Source: Syntrophales bacterium
GTDB lineage: Bacteria > Desulfobacterota > Syntrophia > Syntrophales > UBA2210
Reading direction: 5' to 3'
Length of the DNA: 64,000 nt
Assembly: GCA_023230565.1 (NCBI GenBank)
Contig: JALNXD010000015.1
Location: forward strand, 7,410-71,409
Shown: positions 1 through 9,039 of the stretch, piece after piece
Numbering within the stretch: position 1 is the first letter of the stretch
Layout: each line of letters begins with the position of its first letter
Position numbers and translations under genes: made by a program
Notes under the pieces: generated by a model
What the model was told of the DNA's origin: nothing
Database searches by the model: none
What the model saw: the letters and a program-made list of their open reading frames with translations, nothing else

Positions 1-292
1 TGTTGGCCGCTTTCACCGCCTCAGCGGGGATATACTTGGAATCGTAGGAAAAGACCTTCCATTTATACGTTTTTCCATTCACCTTGAAGCCGCCCTTTTC
101 ATTCACCATTTCGGCTCCCATGGAAATCGACCGAAAATTAGGAATACCCCAGGGTGAAGCCGGTCCGGTAAGATAGCTAATAATTCCGAAGTTAATGGTT
201 TCAGCTTTCTCTGCAACCGCGGCTTGCGGGGCTAAAATCAGACCAAAAGCAAGAAAAAAAATACCAATTGCTGCAATACACTTTCCCTTCAT
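1..292 (-). CDS. ABC-transporter periplasmic substrate-binding protein, Leu/Ile/Val-binding family (N-terminal part only; gene runs off the window start)
   Basis: Not in the ORF track because there is no stop in the window. Reverse translation from ATG at 292 gives MKGKCIAAIGIFFLAFGLILAPQAAVAEKAETINFGIISYLTGPASPWG...NEKGGFKVNGKTYKWKVFSYDSKY. It has a signal peptide, and the LTGP and NxxGG(F/I)xVxGK motifs are typical of Peripla_BP_6-type binding proteins. A GAGGAG RBS lies 8 nt upstream. Confidence 0.6.
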   Translation of the reverse strand, partial: MKGKCIAAIGIFFLAFGLILAPQAAVAEKAETINFGIISYLTGPASPWGIPNFRSISMGAEMVNEKGGFKVNGKTYKWKVFSYDSKYIPAEAVKAAN

Positions 293-610
293 AAACTCAT
301 CTCCTCATTTTAATTAAGCTTTGGGACAGTCCGCCACAAAAAAATCCCGGCTATAAAAAATCAAGCCGATCCGAAACTGATCAACTTGGTATCTTCAATA
401 ATTTCCCGTGTATACGAGGTCCCGGTGAAATTACTACGGCTTCAACCCACGTCCCGCTTATTGCAGGGCTATTATAAGAATACGCCTTATCTGTCAAGCC
501 AATCTTCAGCAAAAAATGCAGATATATACTCCAAACAACAGTTGTCACAACGCCATAGTCCTATGAGAATTTCGGTTAATTCGCACCGTGACTCTGAACC
601 CCGGAATGAT

Positions 611-2104
611 TCAGTAATAATCGGCAAGACCTTTTTTATGTATCTCAAAGCGCTGTAAAGCAAAAATCGTGTTCCACACCCCTTTTTTCATATCTTCGCG
701 TGCGCTTGAAACATCCTTACCCTCCGGATCTTCATTGATAAAAGCCTGCCTGAAAGCTTCTATTTCACCCTTTTTGAGTTCTATTTCCGGTCCCAGAGGC
801 ATACGTTCTATATATATTCTTTTTCTTTTGTTCAGCTCTACTTCCTTGAAAACGTATCTGTAAGAAATTGCCTGTTTAATTGCCGTTACATCATATCTGA
901 CAAGAAGCGAAAGCTCCGCACAATCCATATGTTCCATAAGAGAAGAATGAATGTACAGCCGGTCCCTTGACGCCCCAAAAGCCCAGAGGTCCTTCTTACT
1001 CGGCAAAGTATCAAGGACACGTACGCAGGCAGCTAATTTTTCAGTCTCTCCCCTTACGGAAATATTTCTGATCAGCCCTGTCCGCGTGAGATCTTCATAA
1101 GGCTTCTTGATCATTTCAGCTCCCCTTCGTCTGGCTGCTGCTTTTTGATACATATTTTTATATATAAATGAGCAATAATTTACAGGCAGATCTATCTTTT
1201 TTTCGAAAATATGATGCATCACCTGCAACGCAGTGAGCTCGGATTCAAGAACGGTTACTTTTGGACCATGCAGAAACGTATAGTTTCGTTTTTGAAGTGC
1301 ATCGAAATTGTATGGAGTCAGTCGCAACTGGTGCAGATTAAGATAGCCGACACCTGCGTTTTTCAGAGTTCCTGCAAGCTCGCACAGGGTTTTCAAATCT
1401 TCCGGTATTGCGGGAATTTCTACCGTAACTGCATCAAATATTCCCGCAGCCAGAATCACCGGCTTCAGCCGGTATCCGATGGCGCCGATATCAAAGCGCA
1501 CTTCGTCTACTCCTTCTGCATGAAGTGCTGAAAGCCTTTCTTTCGTAGCCAGGGTACCGTTCGTATACATCCATATATATACGCGGTCTCCCATACGTTT
1601 TCTCACCGAACCTACAAAGCGGAGAGTTTTTTCATACGTCAGTAGCGGCTCTCCACCGCTCATGCTCACTCCTTCAAAACCCAGCCGCTCCACATAATCG
1701 GCATAGTCCCGTGAATCCGAAAAGGAAACCGTATTCGTTTGAGGGACATCTTCGGAATTCTGTTCGGCCGGGCAGTAAAAACAGTTCATATTACATATCC
1801 CGTTTACAAAAAGACAGGACCACTTTCCGTTTCCGCAGGCGCGGCAACCCGGAGACAGCCGGCGGACATCAAGCTTGCTGTCTCCATGACTTAAAAGCGC
1901 ACCGCAGGAGATAAGAGTTTTCATCAGTTCCGAACGCAAGACCTCCGCTCTTTCAGTCTCATCTGGTTTGATCCATTTTAATTGATTGTACGTATTCTTA
2001 TATTCACTTCTGTTTTTTTCTATATTACTCTCTCTTTCAGCCGATTCATTTATTTCGGCGGCTGCCTGCACTGGCGCTTTGCCATCTTCAATACTAGTTT
2101 TCAT
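611..2104 (-). CDS. Radical SAM domain protein (activase/PflX-like, function unknown)
   Basis: 497-aa ORF with a CNMNCFYC (CxxxCxxC) cluster motif. A second Cys-rich patch SPGCRACGNGKWSC precedes it, and the SGGEPLL SAM-binding motif follows. It is divergent from the sigma-54 regulator gene. Confidence 0.8.
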   Translation of the reverse strand: MKTSIEDGKAPVQAAAEINESAERESNIEKNRSEYKNTYNQLKWIKPDETERAEVLRSELMKTLISCGALLSHGDSKLDVRRLSPGCRACGNGKWSCLFVNGICNMNCFYCPAEQNSEDVPQTNTVSFSDSRDYADYVERLGFEGVSMSGGEPLLTYEKTLRFVGSVRKRMGDRVYIWMYTNGTLATKERLSALHAEGVDEVRFDIGAIGYRLKPVILAAGIFDAVTVEIPAIPEDLKTLCELAGTLKNAGVGYLNLHQLRLTPYNFDALQKRNYTFLHGPKVTVLESELTALQVMHHIFEKKIDLPVNYCSFIYKNMYQKAAARRRGAEMIKKPYEDLTRTGLIRNISVRGETEKLAACVRVLDTLPSKKDLWAFGASRDRLYIHSSLMEHMDCAELSLLVRYDVTAIKQAISYRYVFKEVELNKRKRIYIERMPLGPEIELKKGEIEAFRQAFINEDPEGKDVSSAREDMKKGVWNTIFALQRFEIHKKGLADYY

Positions 2105-2236
2105 ATTTCGTCCGCCTTTTCGGATTCACTCGAAATCGCAGGCAATTATATTGAAAAACCTTTAATTATCCATTAAATTTTTACTTGTCCTAACGAACAA
2201 AGAGGCATAAAGAAAGCCATTAGTTTTAAAATCTTT

Positions 2237-3667
2237 TTGAATCAAAAGGCCGTAATGAAGAAATTTCTTGCAGTGACAGAAGAACAGACAGTTTTCCAGC
2301 AAATCCAGACAAGTTTCAGATCGAAGAAAAGGGTCGATCAGGCACCGGATTTACAAAGCGCACTTGAAATGCTCCGGAAAAATCATTACGATTTTATTTT
2401 CATAGATCTTGAGATTTTGCGCCGATCTGCAGTTGACGTAGGGTATAAAGGAGCGCTTCAGTCTTTGTGGCTGGTGTATCCTGATGTGGAAGTAATTGTA
2501 ATGACTAATCAAAACATGATCAGAGAGGCTGTACTGGTTGTTAAGGCGGGAGCCAGCAATTATCTGACATATCCGCTGAACACGGACGAAATAAAGTATG
2601 TGGCTGAAAGTATTTATGAATCGATTATCGTCCAGTCCGCCCTTGATTATATGAGAGACAAATTCTGGGAGGGAGAGTCTCTCGAGATTGTGCAGACAAA
2701 AAGCCCTGCAATGAGAAAAGTCTTCGATAAAGTACGTTCAGTCGCGACGACTAAAAGCACTGTTCTGTTAGAAGGTGAAACAGGTACGGGCAAGGGAGTA
2801 CTGGCAAAACTTATCCACAAACACAGCAGCAGAAAGAAAGGGCAATTTATCAGCATTCATTGCGGTGCGATTCCGGATACTCTTATCGAAAGCGAGCTCT
2901 TCGGACATGAAAGAGGCGCCTTTACAGGTGCCGTGAGAAGGCAGATGGGAAAGTTTGAAATTGCAAAAGGCGGAACTATATTCCTTGATGAAATTGGAAC
3001 CATAACCCCTTCCGCACAGATAAAGCTTCTGCAGGTGCTTCAGGACGGTATTTTTCAGAGGGTAGGAGGAGAGGAAACGATAGAGGCTGACGTAAGAGTA
3101 ATCGCGGCCACCAATATCGACCTGAAGCTGCTTATACAGGAAGGGCGGTTCAGACGAGATCTTTATTACCGTTTGAATGTTTTCCCGATCGAAATTCCTC
3201 CTTTAAGGGAACGAAGCGAAGACATCCCCCTTCTGATAGAAATTTTTCTTAAAAAACTGAATAAGTTTTCGGTAAAAGAAATCCATGATGTACATCCCGA
3301 TGTAGTGACGGCCTTCCGCCGTTACGAATGGCCGGGGAATATCAGGGAGCTCCAGAACCTGATCGAGCGCGCCCACATAATAGAAACCTCATCGGTATTG
3401 ACACCCGAGAGTTTTCCGAGTGAGCTTTTCGATTCACTTATTCCATCACCCTCCTTCGAGGTTGATACTTTAAAAACTCTTGCCGAAACACGCCAGATTG
3501 CCTGGGAAAAAATAGAGAAGAAATATCTGAGAGAGATATTGGAAGAGGAAAAGGGAAGCATTAAAAAATCTGCTGAAAGAGCCGGGATTACAACACGGCA
3601 ATTATCAAAATTGATGAATAAATATAATCTGCAAAAAGAATTATTCAAATCTCCCCGCCATATTTGA
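2237..3667 (+). CDS. Sigma-54-dependent response regulator (NtrC/bEBP family: receiver + AAA+ + Fis-type HTH)
   Basis: Walker [15 protein letters not shown] loop ([15 protein letters not shown]), [10 protein letters not shown], and a C-terminal HTH ([20 protein letters not shown]). The receiver keeps a D in FIFIDLE but has TEE where the usual acidic DD pair sits. The start is TTG 2237 or ATG 2255. Confidence 0.9.
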   Translation: MNQKAVMKKFLAVTEEQTVFQQIQTSFRSKKRVDQAPDLQSALEMLRKNHYDFIFIDLEILRRSAVDVGYKGALQSLWLVYPDVEVIVMTNQNMIREAVLVVKAGASNYLTYPLNTDEIKYVAESIYESIIVQSALDYMRDKFWEGESLEIVQTKSPAMRKVFDKVRSVATTKSTVLLEGETGTGKGVLAKLIHKHSSRKKGQFISIHCGAIPDTLIESELFGHERGAFTGAVRRQMGKFEIAKGGTIFLDEIGTITPSAQIKLLQVLQDGIFQRVGGEETIEADVRVIAATNIDLKLLIQEGRFRRDLYYRLNVFPIEIPPLRERSEDIPLLIEIFLKKLNKFSVKEIHDVHPDVVTAFRRYEWPGNIRELQNLIERAHIIETSSVLTPESFPSELFDSLIPSPSFEVDTLKTLAETRQIAWEKIEKKYLREILEEEKGSIKKSAERAGITTRQLSKLMNKYNLQKELFKSPRHI

Positions 3668-3809
3668 TCATACTGCACTGCCAAATAAAAAAACGGAATT
3701 ATCAGTTCGTCTGCAGGTTAAAACGGAATTTTTTGTTCCGTTCCTGAAAAAATAATATTTACGGATAATTACTCTTTCCTTTCTTCCGACACCATAAAAA
3801 AGGGAAAGT

Positions 3810-3834
3810 AAACAGGAATCAGAAATTCCTGTTT
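3810..3834. promoter_or_regulatory. Perfect inverted repeat AAACAGGAAT-N5-ATTCCTGTTT, candidate enhancer (UAS) site for the adjacent bEBP
   Basis: Read directly from the sequence. The centre lies ~63 bp upstream of the -24 GG, about -88 relative to the predicted start site. That is within the usual bEBP UAS distance range. Confidence 0.5.
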
Positions 3835-3883
3835 TATCAGAGTGCTTAAATTGTATATCCCTGGTTTCAATGACTTATACGCA

Positions 3884-3898
3884 TGGCACATACATTGC
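3884..3898 (+). promoter_or_regulatory. Sigma-54 (RpoN) -24/-12 promoter
   Basis: TGGCAC-ATACA-TTGC is an exact match to the TGGCAC-N5-TTGC consensus. It lies 57 bp upstream of ATG 3955 and immediately downstream of a sigma-54 activator gene. Confidence 0.8.
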
Positions 3899-3954
3899 GT
3901 TTGACCTGCATCATATCGAATACGATCAGGCGTATATGTGCGCAAGGAGGCACG

Positions 3955-4254
3955 ATGAAAAAAAACAAATTAGCAATATACTTGATCCTTTCTATTTTTT
4001 TTCTGGCCATGAGTAATCAAAGTATCACGGCGGCGGAATCGATCACCGGCGAAGTAAATGATGATTTCCAGATAATTTCGGAAACCGGTGAGGCATATAA
4101 TGTCTATTCCAGTGAGGCAGGAAACGAAGTAGTCGAGCATGTCGGTGAAAAAATCACCGTCACAGGAGAAGTAGAGATTATCGAAGGCGAAAAATGGATA
4201 AATATAATTTCCTACACACTTCTGGAAGATAGAAGCGATAAAGATACACAGTAA
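3955..4254 (+). CDS. Small exported protein (99 aa, signal peptide), function unknown
   Basis: Internal ATG at 3955 is preceded by AAGGAGG. MKKNKLAIYLILSIFFLAMSNQSITAAES is a Sec signal. The ORF-track start 3883 lies inside the sigma-54 promoter and is unlikely. Confidence 0.6.
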   Translation: MKKNKLAIYLILSIFFLAMSNQSITAAESITGEVNDDFQIISETGEAYNVYSSEAGNEVVEHVGEKITVTGEVEIIEGEKWINIISYTLLEDRSDKDTQ

Positions 4255-4305
4255 TAATTCTGAAAATGATCCTGTATGTGCACGCAGAAAACGGGGAGGA
4301 GAAAA

Positions 4306-5616
4306 ATGGAGCCTGATTACATCATCGAAGAAACGGAGCCTCCCGGTAGTCGTTACCGGGGACATCGATTCGAACAAAAGCTAAGCCCGGAAAATGTATT
4401 TCCGTCAAAAACAGCGAAAGAGATCCTGAAACCGGCGCGAGGTCCTGGGTTTTTCATAAGTCCGGAAATACGGAAATTCAAACGACATTATTATAAAGGA
4501 GTCACAGATGCCGAATGGAATGACTGGCACTGGCAGATACGTCACAGAATTGCATCGGCCCCGGACCTTGAAAGAATCATCGAGATATCGGCAGATGAGA
4601 GTGAAGCTCTTTCTCATCAGACCGGCAGATTTCCTTTCCAGATAACCCCTTATTACGCAAGCTTACTTGATCCCGTTGATCCGCATCATCCGTTACGGCG
4701 CACAGTTGTTCCGGTCACTGCCGAAGAATTTCATTCCGCCGGAGAAGAAGATGATCCATTGGGAGAAGAAGCGGAAAGTCCCGTTCCCGGGATCGTACAC
4801 CGCTATCCTGATCGTGTGCTTTTTCTGGTATCTGATCTCTGTTCGACCTACTGCCGTTACTGCACAAGATCAAGACTCGTAGGAAGGACGCACTGCCAGG
4901 GGAGTATTCAGGAACGGATTGCCGGCGGAATCAAATATATAGCAGCAAACCGCCAAATAAGGGATGTGCTCGTTTCCGGAGGAGATCCACTTATGTTTTC
5001 CGACGAGAGGCTGGAATGGATTTTGGTGAATCTCCGCCGAATACCGCATGTAGAAGTGATCAGAATAGGGACGAAAACCCCGGCGGTGCTGCCTCAAAGA
5101 ATTACCGCAAATCTGGTCCGTATGCTCAGGCGATACAATCCCTTATGGATGAGTCTGCACTTTACACATCCTGAAGAGCTGACGGATGAAACAAATCAGG
5201 CATGTGAGCGACTTGCGGACGCAGGTATTCCTCTTCAGAGCCAGACTGTTCTTCTGTCAGGAATAAATGATTCGGCTGCCGTCATGATGGAGCTGTTTCA
5301 CAAACTGGTAAAAATCCGTGTAAGACCGTATTATCTCTATCAGTGCGATCCCATTTCAGGATCGTCTCATTTCCGCACTCCCGTGGCAACGGGAATTTCG
5401 ATCATTAAAGACTTAAGAGGGTATACGAGCGGATTCGCTGTTCCTCTCTATGTGATCGATACCCCCGGCGGAGGCGGCAAGGTACCGGTCATGCCGGAGT
5501 ATGTAATGGGACATGAAGGAAACACAATTCTGCTTAAAAATTATGAAGGAAAGATTTATCGATACGAGGATAATCCCGGACTTTCGAAAGCCATCTGCGA
5601 AAAGCCGCAGGAGTGA
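4306..5616 (+). CDS. kamA: Lysine 2,3-aminomutase (KamA-family radical SAM, beta-lysine forming)
   Basis: CSTYCRYC radical SAM motif, PYYLYQCD motif and GGGGK near the C-terminus. The length (~436 aa) fits KamA rather than the shorter EpmB. ATG 4306 has a GGAGGA RBS; the ORF-track start 4276 is an alternative. Confidence 0.85.
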   Translation: MEPDYIIEETEPPGSRYRGHRFEQKLSPENVFPSKTAKEILKPARGPGFFISPEIRKFKRHYYKGVTDAEWNDWHWQIRHRIASAPDLERIIEISADESEALSHQTGRFPFQITPYYASLLDPVDPHHPLRRTVVPVTAEEFHSAGEEDDPLGEEAESPVPGIVHRYPDRVLFLVSDLCSTYCRYCTRSRLVGRTHCQGSIQERIAGGIKYIAANRQIRDVLVSGGDPLMFSDERLEWILVNLRRIPHVEVIRIGTKTPAVLPQRITANLVRMLRRYNPLWMSLHFTHPEELTDETNQACERLADAGIPLQSQTVLLSGINDSAAVMMELFHKLVKIRVRPYYLYQCDPISGSSHFRTPVATGISIIKDLRGYTSGFAVPLYVIDTPGGGGKVPVMPEYVMGHEGNTILLKNYEGKIYRYEDNPGLSKAICEKPQE

Positions 5617-5618
5617 AA

Positions 5619-6620
5619 ATGAAAATCGGAATGACATATGATCTGAAAGATGATTACCTTAAGTCCGGGTACAACAAGGAAACCGCGGCGGAATTCGATA
5701 GTGAAGATACAATCTTCGCAATAGAAAACGCCCTTCGGGAGCAGGGACACCGGACCGATCGCATAGGCAATATAAAAGCCCTTACACGAAGACTCGCGGT
5801 GGGAGACAAGTGGGACCTGGTGTTCAATATTGCCGAAGGGGCAGCCGGCTTCGGACGGGAGGCCCAGGTGCCCGCTCTTTTAGATGCATACGGAATTCCC
5901 TACACCTTTTCCGACCCTCTCGTTTTGTCAATTACTCTTCATAAAGCAATGACAAAACATATCGTACGCGACCTCGGAATCAATACGCCTGATTTCACAG
6001 TTATTGAATCTGAAGCCGATGTAAAAAAAATCGGCCTGCCTTTTCCGCTTTTCGTGAAACCCGTTGCAGAAGGAACAAGCAAAGGAATTTCGGCTACTTC
6101 TATAGTTTCAGATATTCATGCACTAAAAAAAGAATGCACAAGAATTCTCAATTTATTTCATCAGCCGGTGCTTGTTGAAACGTACTTGCCGGGACGGGAA
6201 TTTACTATCGGCATTATCGGAACAGGTAAAAAGGCCGAATGTCTCGGAGTGCTGGAAGTTCTTCTCAATGGAAATGCTGAAGAGGGTGCCTATTCTTATC
6301 AAAACAAGGAGCACTTCAAGGAGCGTGTGATATACCGGCTCGCGAATGATTCAGGTGCACGGGAGGCAGCCCGCCTTGCCATTGACGTATGGCGAGGGTT
6401 GGGATGCCGCGATGGAGGACGTGTGGATGTGCGCAATGACGGCAATGGTGCACCGTCTTTCATAGAAGTAAACCCCCTGGCAGGCCTGCATCCTGAAAAT
6501 TCCGATCTTTGTATCCTCGCTTCCCATGCGGGAATTACTTACGGAACACTCATCGAACGGCTTGTGCGCGCAGCCCTGGACCGGATACCTTATAATTATA
6601 CTTGTAAAGAAGTCGGATGA
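5619..6620 (+). CDS. ATP-grasp ligase, D-alanine--D-alanine ligase-like (copy 1)
   Basis: Ddl-like layout: N-domain, then FPLFVKPVAEGTSKGI, LVETYLPGREFTIG and the C-terminal RVDVR...FIEVNPLAGL metal/ATP motifs. The start is GTG 5613 or ATG 5619 and overlaps or abuts the kamA stop. Confidence 0.8.
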   Translation: MKIGMTYDLKDDYLKSGYNKETAAEFDSEDTIFAIENALREQGHRTDRIGNIKALTRRLAVGDKWDLVFNIAEGAAGFGREAQVPALLDAYGIPYTFSDPLVLSITLHKAMTKHIVRDLGINTPDFTVIESEADVKKIGLPFPLFVKPVAEGTSKGISATSIVSDIHALKKECTRILNLFHQPVLVETYLPGREFTIGIIGTGKKAECLGVLEVLLNGNAEEGAYSYQNKEHFKERVIYRLANDSGAREAARLAIDVWRGLGCRDGGRVDVRNDGNGAPSFIEVNPLAGLHPENSDLCILASHAGITYGTLIERLVRAALDRIPYNYTCKEVG

Positions 6621-6624
6621 ATAT

Positions 6625-7641
6625 ATGCACATGCCACGGATAGCACTTGCGCATAACATACCTTCTGAATCGAATGATTCCCTTGATGTGCTCGATCAGG
6701 TGTGCGCCATTGAAGAAGCTCTTGACGATCTGGGGTTCGCCTCCCTGCGCATTCCCTTTACCAGGAATTTAAATTCTTTTTTGACTCAGATCAGGAAATC
6801 TCATGCGGATATTATTTTCAATCTCGTTGAAACTGTTGATGAAGAAGCAGCCCTGGCTTCACATCCAGCAGCGGTATTCGAACTGTTAGACCTGCCCTTC
6901 ACCGGTTCTTCAGCCTCTGCTCTGGCTTTGACCACAGATAAAGTCACGGCAAAGAGACTTATGCGGGCATGTGGAATAAGGACGCCCAATTATTTGATTT
7001 ATGAAGGAGCAGCATCCTTTAATGCCTCTCACCTCACGTTTCCGGTAATTTTGAAACCCCGCTTCGAGGATGCAAGCATCGGAATCGATCAGGACTCTAT
7101 ATACGAAGATGAACGGCACCTTCGAAAAAATATACAAAACCACTACGCCCGATACGGAAGTCTTCTTGTAGAAGAATATATTGACGGCCGGGAATTCAAT
7201 GTTTCGCTATTCGGCTACCCCGTTCCTCAGGTACTTCCCCTTACTGAAATCGATTTTTCTCATTTTCCGCATACATTATATCCCATTGTAGGCTATAAAG
7301 CGAAATGGGACACTTCATCCTTTGAATATACTCATACGCCGCGCCTGCTGTCGCGCGAAACAGAACCTTCGCTTGCCGGCGAAATAAACAAACTGGCGTT
7401 TGACTGTTTCCGTCTCTTCGGCCTGCGGGATTACGCAAGAGTGGACATACGGGCAACTGCGCATAATAAACCTTACGTACTGGAAGTAAACGCGAACCCC
7501 TGCCTCAGCCCCGATGCGGGCTTTGCAGTCGCAACGGCCAATGCGGGATTTTGTTATGCCGATATGGTGGATAAAATTGTTCGTTTCGCTCTCGCGCGCT
7601 CGAAAGACAAGGCTCACCATGGAGAAACAGGTTGTGCATGA
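6625..7641 (+). CDS. ATP-grasp ligase, D-alanine--D-alanine ligase-like (copy 2)
   Basis: FPVILKPRFEDASIGI, LVEEYIDGREFNVS and ARVDIR...VLEVNANPCLS motifs. ATG 6625 lies 5 nt after the previous stop; the ORF-track start 6526 would overlap copy 1 by ~95 nt. Confidence 0.8.
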   Translation: MHMPRIALAHNIPSESNDSLDVLDQVCAIEEALDDLGFASLRIPFTRNLNSFLTQIRKSHADIIFNLVETVDEEAALASHPAAVFELLDLPFTGSSASALALTTDKVTAKRLMRACGIRTPNYLIYEGAASFNASHLTFPVILKPRFEDASIGIDQDSIYEDERHLRKNIQNHYARYGSLLVEEYIDGREFNVSLFGYPVPQVLPLTEIDFSHFPHTLYPIVGYKAKWDTSSFEYTHTPRLLSRETEPSLAGEINKLAFDCFRLFGLRDYARVDIRATAHNKPYVLEVNANPCLSPDAGFAVATANAGFCYADMVDKIVRFALARSKDKAHHGETGCA

Positions 7642-8182
7642 CGCCGGACTCTTTAAGATCACACCTCTTTTACACTCCGATAAGGAAAAGATCCGCCGCA
7701 TTATCGAAAATACAGGCGTTTTCAACATATATGAAATCAATGTGGCCCTGGAGCTGATCGATTCTGCCCTTGCGCGAAATGAAGGGGATGATTACCGAAT
7801 TTACTGTCATCGAATCGAAAATGATGTAATTACCGGCTATATCTGCTTCGGTCCCATACCCATGACTCAGCAGTGCTTCGACATCTACTGGATTGCTGTT
7901 GATACAAAAATGAAAAGACATCATATAGGGACAAAACTTTTAGAATTCGCCGAATCTGAAATAGAAAGTGAAGGAGGAAGAAAAATTTTTATTGATACAT
8001 CTTCCACGCCGCCGTATGAGGCAGCCCGAAGCCTTTATGCAAAATCTGGATATATCCCTGTTGCCACATTCGAAGATTTTTACCGCCCCGGTGACGACAA
8101 GATCGTTTTCATGAAGGATCTCAAAAAAAACAGCCGACTTTTTTGCGTTTCAGAATTCCTAAGCACCTGCACAAATTATTGA
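7619..8182 (+). CDS. GNAT-family N-acetyltransferase
   Basis: IYWIAVDTKMKRHHIGTKLLEFAE is the GNAT motif A (acetyl-CoA pyrophosphate loop). The protein is 187 aa from ATG 7619 and overlaps the preceding gene by 23 nt. Confidence 0.7.
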   Translation: MEKQVVHDAGLFKITPLLHSDKEKIRRIIENTGVFNIYEINVALELIDSALARNEGDDYRIYCHRIENDVITGYICFGPIPMTQQCFDIYWIAVDTKMKRHHIGTKLLEFAESEIESEGGRKIFIDTSSTPPYEAARSLYAKSGYIPVATFEDFYRPGDDKIVFMKDLKKNSRLFCVSEFLSTCTNY

Positions 8183-8234
8183 AAGAAAAAGCGCATTAAT
8201 TACCTGTAAGTGATCGTAAAAAATGGGAAGTATT

Positions 8235-8912
8235 TTACTCCGAGGCTATGCGCATAAGAGCGTCGTAATCGCGAATAATTATTATTTTCCCTTCTACATC
8301 AAGAATGTTCTGAGCGGCAAATTTTTTGAAGACCCTGGAAAGACTCTCGGGAGTGGTCCCCATTATTTTCGATAATTCCCGATGAGAGAAACTCAGTTCG
8401 ACTACATAGCCGTCTTTCTGCAATATAGCGGAACGGGCCAGGAACGTTGCAAGCCTTTGAGGAAGCTCTTTTAATGAAATAGATTCAACGAGAGTGAGCA
8501 CTTCCTTAAGTCTTCTCGAAAATAATGACAGAAGATTAAAAAGAATCGACGGTTCCTCTCTGACTACCTTCTCGAGTATGCCCGCCGGGAAATAAATGAT
8601 TTTGGTATCATCGAGGGCCATTGCGCTCGCAGGAGATACTTCGTCCGTAAGCGCCGTCAGACAAAAAGGTTCACCCGGTCCAAAAATAAAAATAGTCTGT
8701 TCCTTGCCTTCGGCTGAACTTTTAAAGATTTTCACTTTTCCCCACACAATTACATAAAGAGACTTCGCCTCCTGCGAATCGAGAATAATCATTTTTCCCG
8801 CAGGAAAGTTCTTTTCTTTTGCGCTGACGGCAAGAATTTTTTTCTGCCCGGGAGGCAAACCCCGAAAGAGCGGCATATGTTCCAAAGCCCGAAGAATATC
8901 CATTTGATCCAT
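8235..8912 (-). CDS. Crp/Fnr-family transcriptional regulator
   Basis: N-terminal cNMP-binding-type beta-barrel (LFRGL...FPAGKMII...LYVIVWGKVKI) and a C-terminal HTH (SHRELSKIMGTTPESLSRVFKKF). No N-terminal Cys cluster of true FNR is evident. The start is moved to ATG 8912 because the ORF-track start would bury the TTGAT-N4-ATCAA box in coding sequence. Confidence 0.8.
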   Translation of the reverse strand: MDQMDILRALEHMPLFRGLPPGQKKILAVSAKEKNFPAGKMIILDSQEAKSLYVIVWGKVKIFKSSAEGKEQTIFIFGPGEPFCLTALTDEVSPASAMALDDTKIIYFPAGILEKVVREEPSILFNLLSLFSRRLKEVLTLVESISLKELPQRLATFLARSAILQKDGYVVELSFSHRELSKIMGTTPESLSRVFKKFAAQNILDVEGKIIIIRDYDALMRIASE

Positions 8913-8931
8913 TTCTGATTTGTTGATTTTG

Positions 8932-8945
8932 TTGATGTAGATCAA
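8932..8945. promoter_or_regulatory. FNR/CRP-type operator TTGAT-GTAG-ATCAA with downstream -10 (TACAAT 8967..8972)
   Basis: Perfect palindromic half-sites read directly. With the -10 at 8967..8972, the box centre sits about 41 bp upstream of the predicted start site, which is class II activator geometry. It faces the Fe-S gene at 9040. Confidence 0.6.
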
Positions 8946-9039
8946 TGCATTTTCTTATATCATGCATACAATGCTATTTAATTAAATACATACTATCTCA
9001 TGAGCCTCATGAATTGAAATAAATTATGAAGAGGAACAA

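Noticed and set aside
3720-3745. Inverted repeat AACGGAA-N7-TTCCGTT after the sigma-54 regulator gene, considered as a terminator or second UAS
   Set aside because: The stem is short (7 bp) with an A/T-only loop and no downstream T-run, and its sequence is unrelated to the stronger 3810..3834 palindrome. It cannot be assigned a role from sequence alone.
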